Shown: positions 14,501 through 25,500 of the stretch, one piece after another
Layout of the letters: each line of letters opens with the position of its first letter
Numbering within the stretch: position 1 is the first letter of the stretch
Assembly: GCA_965649765.1 (NCBI GenBank)
Contig: OZ287750.1
Span: forward strand, 40,672,001 to 40,736,000
From: Bispira polyomma
Lineage: Eukaryota
Direction of reading: 5' to 3'
DNA length: 64,000 nt
Notes under the pieces: generated by a model
The model's input: only the letters and a program-made list of their open reading frames with translations
Told to the model about the DNA's origin: nothing
The model's database searches: none
Program-made: the position numbers and the translations under genes

Positions 14501-16423
14501 TGGGAACACTGTTAAAGGCAAGACACCAACAACATTTGGCTATTATTAGAAAGAGTGAAAGTGCTCATCGAACACAAAAGCCATCAGTGTACAATTCATA
14601 ACAGTACTTTATCTGGGAGAATAGATCACGGATAAATAGTTCCATTAGTAGCTACAAAAATAGTTCATAGTAAGTTGGAAAATATCCCATTATTTGCTTT
14701 AAAATATACCGTTGTCAGTCTTTCTATTATAAATAAAGTACAAAGGCTTGTACTTCATTGGGGATCAAAGAACAGCCATTTTTCCGCTGTAAGTCAGTCG
14801 GTTATTCGCCAATAAGGTACTCGCCCTTGAACTTTATTTTTACATTATTTAGTAGATCATTGCTTCAGTAATATGAATGACTTTACTTTTTACATAGTTA
14901 TATATATTAATATATATGTATCGGATTCTTTAATTCAACTATATTATCCGAACCTCTGTTATCTAAATATTCAATTTTATTAACACAGTTCCTCTTTGTC
15001 CAATTCATGTTTTACCATTGTTTTATACTAAAATACCACTTCTGTTTTAGGAACCTTGTATTACCCAAAACAAAAGTTGTCTCTCCCAACACGCTTGGAT
15101 AATTGTGGCTCAACTGTACTTTGATGTAGAATTTTAAAAAGGCGAAATAGCCAATTATTAAACATGATTCAATGTAAAAAAGGGGTGAGTTCTACATCAA
15201 ATTAACCTGTGTGGTCTTCTGTGCTACTATGGGATAACATCTACATGCAAGAATCAATGCTATGCTGTAGCTCTATCCCTTGTTGGAAAACAAGCATCTT
15301 AGAGGATGATAGATCAAATCAGCACTCAGTCTATTTAAATGTTTCAAATACCAGATCTGGGGCCAGCCGTATTCACGAACAAGTGAAAAATAAATTCACT
15401 TAGTTTCCAAAGTAAGTAAATTTTTTTCCAAAAGTTTGCCTCAGAAGTGGTATTCACTACAAAGTGAAAAATTTTACTTATAATAATTAAGTTTTACTAA
15501 CAATCCAAGTAAAGAACAAAATGTTAAGGTATCTCATCTGCTTACTTAAAATCTAAGTAAAAAAATTCTCCAAAGTAAGATCTAAGTGGTATTCATTTGT
15601 ATCTAAGTTAGTAAAAAATCAAGAAAATACTTGAAATAGAAATTCTTTTGTTCGTGAATACGGCCCCTGACGTTACCCTGTAATACTTACAGGTGGTGGT
15701 GGCCTCAATTGTTGTAGTCTGTGGAGCTACAAAACAGACTCTCATCTATAACAATCTAGACCTAGTTTAGGTTCAAATTTGTCTGTAGTTTTAAACTAAA
15801 TAGATATATAAACTCAATATACTAGATACTAAGATTGACTTTTAAAGTTGACAAATAGACTTTTTGAAACATAAGTGTGGAAGGGCTAAATAATTTACTT
15901 GAATTTCAATAAATTTCTTAATGGAAGAATGAACATTTTGTTTAACTTTGTTTTATTACATCAAAAGCCATGTGTTTTGCATATCCTTATTATAATATTG
16001 TTGTACAGGAATTGTACTACTAGTTAATACAAACTATTTATTTATGCTATCTGATACATACTAATAAGTTTGCATAAAAGACCTTTGGTCAACACAATAG
16101 TGCTTTTCGCTTCCTGATCACTCAAAAGTGCTTGTTTACCTTTGGTGTGTGTTTTAACCAAATTACGTAAACAATAATATTAGAAAAAAAGTAACTGTAG
16201 TTCAACCAAAAGCATACTAAATAAAAAGGTATACTTCAGGCCAAGGTTATTCAGGTGTAACTGCATAATTTATTATTTAAACATGTTCTCATGAATGACA
16301 CTCATTTAGGTAAAAAAATCTGAGTAACTATATTAAGATGTGTCTGTAATAAAAAAGTCAAAGTAAAAAACCTAAAAATTACGTCAAATCTAAACGCAGT
16401 GCAGAAAGTGAAGAAACTAAGTA

Positions 16424-16500
<77 letters not shown>

Positions 16501-19500
16501 GTATATTAATTATAAAATAATCCAGGCTAGTCAATCTCAGTCCAGGACAAAAGGTGACTAAATGCTTAAACTTGGACCTTATAGAGGCTATTATTTACCT
16601 TGAAATAGCTCAACTTGATAGGCTCCTAATTCTAGCCCATAAATAGCAGCGTTCTTTAGTTATCTTATTAAACATATACATAGCAGTGGTATTACAATAG
16701 TAATATCCCTTTGTATTGTCCAGGGATACAAGTAAATGATCCATGTGTAAACACTTACCACTTATTGTTGTAGTTCCTGAAATTATAAAAAAAATGCAAT
16801 CTTAATACAATAAAAAGAAACTTTGTCCTTGCAATTATAACAACTACACACAAGTCCCATCAATAAATTTAAAGTGCATCAATTTACCTAGAGTCGATAC
16901 AAGTGTTATCACAACAGGGTTATAGCTGTCACTAATAAATAAATGAAATACTCCCAAATTCTAATGAAATACCAAACTAGTGAAACTATATCCCGACTTG
17001 TCCTAACAAAGGCTTTATGACACAGCAGGTGAAATATGAAGTGGCTAAAAACTGTATAATATTGTCATATACCCCTGCGGGTGAAAAATGAGGTCAAATT
17101 TACGTTATCTCTTACAATTAAAGAGATGATGGAGTTGTTCGATATTGACAGGGTTCAAATTGTAATATCATACTAACCACTGCATAATTTTGACAAGGTA
17201 AAAAAAAATGTATATTGAGCGGTTTGTTTAAAACTTTCTCAGAGCACTTACCTAATAACATATAATTGTCACTCACTCATGATAAAAAATACCCACTGAT
17301 TCAGTGGATACAATTATCTCATAGCGAAAGTTTGGCCTGTCAGAACTGAAGCTTAATTGTGATTTAAACTATACCCTGTATTGCTCGACTCTAAAGGAGC
17401 AGAACAATGGTATTTAATCATTTCACTGTTAATGTTTTGTTTCATTTTGTTCTTTTGAGGATTTCAGATTAGTTAATTCAAACTGTAGAATTTTATTATA
17501 CTGGAATTGTGTAAGATATGGCACTTTAAAACCTTACATTCTACCTTTTACTGATTACACATAATGAATTTTCTACATACAGAATATAAATTGAAAATAC
17601 TTTGCCAATGAACTTACACGGTAGAATTAACACACCCAAAAAACATTGGTACATGTATTAATCTTTTGGGAAAATGAGTATTTAGCTAAAATTTCCACTT
17701 TATAGTTTAATGTAATAGGCAACCTTGGTCTAAAAACACGTCATACACAAATATACTGAACACTCTTACTGTTTCTGTATTAAAAGTAAAACTTCCCATT
17801 AATCAACTTACTCAATTCTTCCAGGCACACTTTGAGTACCAAGCTTTTGATTTTCACATCACTTGAGCTGAACAAGAGACAAACAAAAGAAGAGGCGATG
17901 CCATCAAAGGTGTCTCCAAAAGCTGCTTCAAAGTAGAAAAATGTCGAACTTGCTGGGTGCATCAGTTGCTTAGTCTGCAATATAAAGGAAAAACAAAAGC
18001 TTGGTAAAAGGCAGATGTCATTTCTTGTCAGACATCAAATGCAGGTTTGACTATGTTGTGTCACTTAATGCTGTTATGATACAGCTATAGATACAGTAAT
18101 ATATCCAATAATTGATCTCTTAATATATGTTGCCTTTATAGAGGAAAACTAAAACCATCTTGTATGACAGATCTATCCTCCTTTAGACTAGCAGTATCCA
18201 TTTCTGGCACCTCCATGTTTAATGACCTCTTATGTTTGAGCTATATAAGTATGGCACATTGATTTTTGCTTCATTGTGCCTTAAAATCTGTTCAAATGAA
18301 GATTAAGCACCTGGAGTAAGATTAGATTGGATCATCTGCTTTAATTTAAATCATATAAAATATATGAGACCAAGTGACCTTGAAAATGCAGAACTCAGAC
18401 AGTTGCAGGTAGATATTGTTAATTTCTAACTACTAAAATATTTACAACACCCATGAAGTGAATATTTACAGGTTTAAGGTGACCTTAACTCACACAGTTC
18501 TTATTCTAAATGGTAGGCTGCGCAATGCCTGTGATCATGTCTTTTGCGCAATGTATAAATTCTGTATAAAACCCCGTAGATAATGCACGGTACGCTGTTT
18601 ATTCTGTTCCATCAATCTCCCTTGAAACTAGTCTGTATTTAAACTTAAATATCTCAGCTATTTTTGAATGTATTTGATTACAACACACAAACAGTCATCC
18701 TAATAAAATAAGCTATCTCCTTATTTTTATAAAAAAATTTACCTTCAGTAATTTTGGTTTTTTTAAATGGCTTTTGTTTTGCGAACTCAGTTTTCACATG
18801 TTTGTATGATGAAACAGCCATAACATAGAACTGTCTACATAGTAGTCTTACTTCTGATGTAATCATGGGTCCATTATAATAAAAAATTAAGGGTTTATTA
18901 TTTTGGAATAGGAATTAAATACTTAAACTCATGTTTTATGTGCATTTTAAACGATCTCTGGATCCTAACCATGGGGTTATACCCAACGTAACTCATTCAA
19001 ATGTAATATGGAAAAGGTATTCTGTGTTGTAACGAGTTTTTTTTTGTGTAATCAATAAAAACAAATTAAAAAAAGGATTCAGACATAATCCAACCCACCT
19101 CTCCTGGTACTGGACTCCCTCCGTTTTCATTAAATGGTGTGACGGTTACCATATTAAAACCCTTTGCCCAAAATGACAGGGAGATCAGCCTCACATTGAC
19201 CCCTTGGAGGTTGAAGCACACCAGTGTGTCAGATCCAAGGTCTACCATTTGAAGGGAACCCTGGAAGAGGGCTGGGTCTACTGTGGCTGGCTCTATATCT
19301 ACCAGGGAGGCTTGGTTACTGTAGTCAATGAGAAAGTCCTCACATCGGGCTACAATTACACACATATACTCTACAGTCTATAACCTGACCAGATTATTAT
19401 AGAGGGCACCATGTCTAAACTGGAGCTGTTTCGTTTTTACACCAATAATTTAAAAGGTGAAAACTTCTAATCTTTTAGAAAAAAATACACACATAAACTG

Positions 19501-22500
19501 TCAATCTTTAGTACTGATGCACATATTTGGCATATCAATTCCAAGACAAAATGTTTTAAGCATATTTTTGTTGCACTTTGATTCGAAAAAATAAATTAAT
19601 AAAGTATTTTGTCTATACATTACGTACTAAAGTTTCTTAGTATTGAGGACTATATAATCCTTCCACTGCTACGTTTAAACAGGCTGAGCACATATACATG
19701 GTGGAACCTCTATTATGTGACCTTCTGTTCTTTGAATATTCAAACTGTAATTATAAACTCTATTACACTCTCCCAAATTTCTGTTTTCCTATTTTATAAA
19801 ACTTCTATTATCCAAAGAAAATGCTCTGCTCCAAATATATATTCAGAAGATAGAGGTTCTACTGTATTTAGTCTATACATTACGTACTGCAGTTCTCTTC
19901 ATCTGATCCGTCCCCACAATCATCATGGTCATCGCACAGGACAATCTTTGGCAAACAACGTTGCGTATCTCTACACTTAAAGTGAGTATCCAATGGACAC
20001 TCAGTTTCTGCAATGTTATACAGAAGTAAAATCATTTTTTTTGTAAATTAGACTTGTTATGCAACCGACAGTCTGCAACTATGACCAACTCAGTGTGTAG
20101 CACACTAGTCCACAGAACTAAGACAACCTGGATTCTTTTCTCAGTCTTGGGGTACCATGTAGAGATACTTACATAATGACTCGGATGACTACTTAAAATG
20201 GTGGTCTTCTGTCAGTGGGTCCTCTCCCAAGTGGCAGGCTAATAAACCTTCGGGATGTTGATAGTTTTGCAGTTTTTAATTGTATGTAATTAAGGAAAAT
20301 TACAGTTACTGGTAGATGGCCACCTCCAGGACTTTGTGTTCAATTGGGAGTAATGACAGTTACTGGTGCTGATTGGCTGTTACTGTCACAATGCAGTGAG
20401 ATAATATGTCGAGTATGGAAATACAATAATGACAAAACGGTAATACCGTTAAGGACAAAGATTCTGTCATCATCTTAATATATATATGGGGAGCATGGGT
20501 GTCCAGTGTGACTCACACACTGACTCTTCTTTTACTGGAGCTCAGGACCCAAATTGGAGGAAATTGATAAAAATGTATTTTCTTAGCTTGTATCAGCAAG
20601 GTTAGCATAATGTAACTGGTGTTGGTTTGCCTTGCACTTGTGAGGTTAAAAAAATGAGTTAGTGTTAAGAGTAGCTATGAATATCCATCTCAACATCATT
20701 GTTGTACAATTAAGTAAAATAATAAAATTATAACAATCAAATACTCAGTATTACTAATGAAGTAATAGTGAACAACCATTTTCTATGCTTCTAGCAATCA
20801 AAATTTTAAAATATTACTGTACCTGTACAATTTACTTCATCACTGTAATCCCCAAAACCGCAATCAAATTTTCCATCACATGTAAAATTGAGTGGGATGC
20901 ATCTTTTATTTTCACACTCAAAGAATCGGTGATCATCACATTCAAGATCTATAAACAGAAGAGTCAATTCTAATTTAAATTTAATTTTTTTATTATTTTT
21001 ATATTAACCAAATAAATTATCATTCTCCCAAAGAGATAAAAGATGTTCAGAATCTACTGTACACAGACACTTTTTTAAAAGTGATGGAGATGAACAAAGT
21101 TAGTTATATCCTCATACAGCAATTCGTACACTGCCATAATTGAAACACTGGGCAAAAATTTAAAAATCAAGAGACATATACATACCAAATCCCATACAAG
21201 TACATTTATAAACTTGAAAGGACATTGGTCTGTCAAGGCCATTTAGTTTAAAACCGTAAAAAAACAACGTCGGATCCGCGATTTTAAGTAGATATCCTAC
21301 ACGATTTGATGGATCCTTTCACAGCCCTTTCACCAAATTAAATAATTATTGGTTCATTAGTTGTTTGGTATTATTCTGGTGACAACATATATGACAGGTA
21401 TTAGCTAATTTCAGGGCTTTGTAACTGCAGGCAATAAGTAATTATAAGTCAAGTGGTTAAAACTGTAAAGAAGCCTTTAGTACAGTACTGTAGGCTGTCT
21501 AGGACCAAAAACAAACCAAATATGTGTAAAGCTGTCATAGTTTTAGAATGCTCTTAAGGATTTAAATTACATTTCCAAAATTCTATTACTATTTTAGATT
21601 GGAAAATCATCAAGAAAATTTTTTTTACAAAAAAATTTAATAAATGCGCACTTTGAAAAAAAGTAGATTATACTTAATAATTTTATTTTTGAAGCCAATC
21701 TACACATGAAAGATCAGAAAAATTATTAGAAGGGAATATGATTTGATATTTTAACAAAATGTGGGGGCAAAGCAACAACCATTTCTGAACAATTTTGATG
21801 TGATGTTTGTGACATCATATTGGTACCGGAAAACTATATTCTAACCGAATTGTATGTCCCTTGATACATCACAAAGGTCATGTCACTCTTGACTTACCAC
21901 AAATATGTTCATCACTCCCATCCACACAGTCTGGTGTTCCATCACACTTATACCCATAAGGGATGCACTGCTTGTGACTGAAACATTTGAACTGTCCTGG
22001 TAGACAATCAAATGCTAATGAAGAAATAAAGATAGACATCCATGGTTTATATCAGTATACATAGTTCATTTAATAAACACAAATACAGAACTGGCACCAG
22101 GGCTATTATTCACAAAGGTTCTTGGAGTTAAGTTAAACTGTTTGTACCCACCAAACTGGATAAAAGTAAAAAAATTCTATGACTGGGATATTTTATATTT
22201 TTATTCTTATGACCCCAGCTGAATACTGGACTTTATTGTACCCATACACAACTAGAAATGTCATCAACATAGCCAAAAAATACATAAAATCACCTTTTCA
22301 AAATATTTTTTTCCAAATCACAATGTTTTTGTTTACATTATTGCATACATACCAAGCCAAGTTAAATGCATAATGGCATTAAATAACCTCAATAAAGTTT
22401 TTCAAATCTTTTGTTATAATTCAATTAATTATTTCTGTCGCCAAGAAATAACTAATTTAGGAATTCTTCATTTGGGTTCTCTAGAAACAGTTTTCATGTT

Positions 22501-25500
22501 AATACATTCTAGTTCACAAATTCCTGTGTGGCTTTATGAATTATTAGTATATATAGCTGCTATTAACACAATGTTTACTGAAATGGACAGTCACTGCAGT
22601 TGGCCATGCGCATTCTAATGATACCTATATTGTATCCCCTACTTGACTGGATATTGAGTTAAATTAACTTTTAACATTTGAAGTGAAGAAATATTTGTTT
22701 TATACCTAAAATTAATCGGCATTCATGCCTTCGACTCATCTAAACCAACGCCACTTTCAACTATGCCTTTTTGGCAATCCAAGGTCATTGCCGAAGAGTG
22801 TAAAATCCATTTAGGAATCTCTCTCTTTGGGTATAATACCTGTTGATCCTTTTGGGTGACGTCAGTTTTAATCCTGGCCCTAATCTTAGACTTTTCCATC
22901 GGTGTTTGTTTAAAGTTAGATCTACAAGGAACAAGTCTGCTGCTTTCGTGGATTTTGATAAGGATAGTAAGGCTGATCTAATTGCAGTCACCGAGACATG
23001 GCTCAAACCTGAGGACACGGACAGCTTTATTGCCAGTGTCACTCCTCTCAGGCTACAAATTTACTCATGTACCCTGTACCATCAAGCAGGGCGGTGGGGT
23101 TAGTTTCTTTTTTTTGTGATGATTTGTGCTTCAAGCCACTGTCGCTATCCTGCTTTGACACTTTCGAAAGCATATCCATTCAGATAACAACCAGCAGTGC
23201 TCAGCAGGTTGTCTTCCATGTGTTGTACAGGCCTACCAGATGTCTCAAAGGCGCAGTTCCTGAATGACCTAGGTTTGTTCCTTGAGGGTACTGCTTTGTC
23301 AAGCTCTGACAATATCTTGCTAGGCGATTTTAATTTTCATTTGACCAAACAGGATGCCTGGTCACTAAAATGAAACGATACCCTTAAACAATACAGTTTT
23401 GTTCAACGACCTCACTGGTCAAGGAGTGTATTAATATACTCATAACTCCCACTACCAACATTGTCAATTATTCACTCAGGAAGGGCAGTTTCCCAAACTG
23501 CTTTGAGACTGCTCATGTAACCCCTTTACTCAAGAAACCAAGCCTGGATAGAAACATTCTAGAGAACTACAGATCAGTATCGAATCTCAGTTTTATTTTA
23601 AAACTCATTGAGAAAGTCGTGGGTAAACAGCTAAATGAATTCATCTCCCAAGAAGGTATTGCTAATGCTAACTAATCTGCATCCAGGAGCTCCCATTTCA
23701 CAGAGACTGCTTTACTTAAGATTCAAAAGGGCATAGCTATGTCAGTGGACTCGGGAAAAGCAGTGGCCCTTACATTACTGGACCTCTCTGCAGCTTTTGA
23801 CACCATTGATCACTCCATTTTATATGACTGTTTGACAGACTGGAATTGATGGCACTGTATTGCTGTGGATCAAATACTTCTTGACCATACACAAAAAATC
23901 AAAATTGGTAGCAGTTTTTCTGGGGTCTTTTTTCTCCCCTTCGGTGTTTCTCAAGATTCTGTCTTTGGTCCTCTGCTTTCTACCCTTTAAACTACCCGCC
24001 TCAGTCAAGTCATTTCAAAGTTTAATGTTACCTATCACCTGTATGCTGATGATACATAGATATACTTATCACTGGACTCCAGGAACTTTGACTCAAGTAT
24101 TGCTGAGCTCACTGGCTGTTTAAAATCAGTACAGGAGTGGATGGATTGTGCAAAATTATAACTCAACCCAGATAAAACAGAGTTCATTATCATGGGTAAC
24201 AAACTCACCACTGAGTCACTTACACTAAAATTTCCTTTAATTCCTCCAAAACAATATCACTCCATCAGTGGAGGTAAAAACCTGGGTGTCATCTTCGACT
24301 CGGACAACTCCTATAACAACCATATTTCCAAGGTTTGCCGTGCCTGTTACTATCATCTGCGCGACTTGCAACAAATTCGTAGATTCCTCAGCACTGATAT
24401 TGCAGTTCTGATGGCAAATGCTATGGTCAGTAGTCGCTTGGACTATTGCAACTACTTATAATATGGGGTCAGTAAGGTTAATATTGCCAAACTTTAGAGA
24501 GTCCAAAATGCTCTCGGTTGCATTGTTTACAGGCTTGACAGATTCAGTCATGTTACTCCCTACCTTTAAAAACTCCACTGGCTTCCCATTGAAAATCGCA
24601 TTCTTTTCAAGTACAACCTGCTGGCTTTCAAGGCTATTAACTATTCCCAACCTCCCTACCTATCCTCTTTAATCAAGTCCAGCAGACTCATTTGTTTAGA
24701 CTGGCATATCCACCACCTTAGTTACTCCCTGGTTGGCGCTCACTTGGTAACGACCTTTGTTCGATAATGGACAATCCCTAATTGGAATTCAGTGCATTAG
24801 AGGATTTTTATCAAATTTTGTGCTATATAAATGTTTCTATTATTATTACACGTTTTATTTTTATGACCTTGTAATAACAATGTGAAACAAATAATGTAGA
24901 TACACTAGTGGTAATTAATAAACAACTGTATTGCCAATCACATGATAAAACATTTTATGACAAAGTTTGCTTCAACTCATTGTTCAGTTCCTGCCTTAAT
25001 TTTTTCCCAACCTTTCTCAACCTGATTAAAATGTGGTTGCAAAACAACCAAACATTAACATAGAATCAATTCAAGAAGATGTCAAAGTGTAATTTAATAC
25101 TTACTGCAGTTTACTTCATCTGACCCATCTGGACAGTCGACAATTCCATCACAAAGAGCAGTCTTGTTGATGCAGGTGAGTTTGCCTTGGTGATCACATG
25201 TAAAGTACTCGTCGGTGCAGGGCTCACATGGCTCACCTGTACAGTTGAAATCTCCACGGATACATGTGCTGTAAACAGGGAAACAGTATGACATCTACAT
25301 GTACATGAAGAGAATATTACGCCATATGTGACAATACTACAGCACCTTAAACATGGTAAATTGTTACACTTTTGTGCCAAAGGAGTTTTCACAACAGTAC
25401 TACCGTTATTCCAAATTGTCATTTTTCAGCGTTCCAATTATTACATTTCAAATATAATGTAGGTATGTAAGAATTTTTTTACATATAAACTAAAAGCCTT

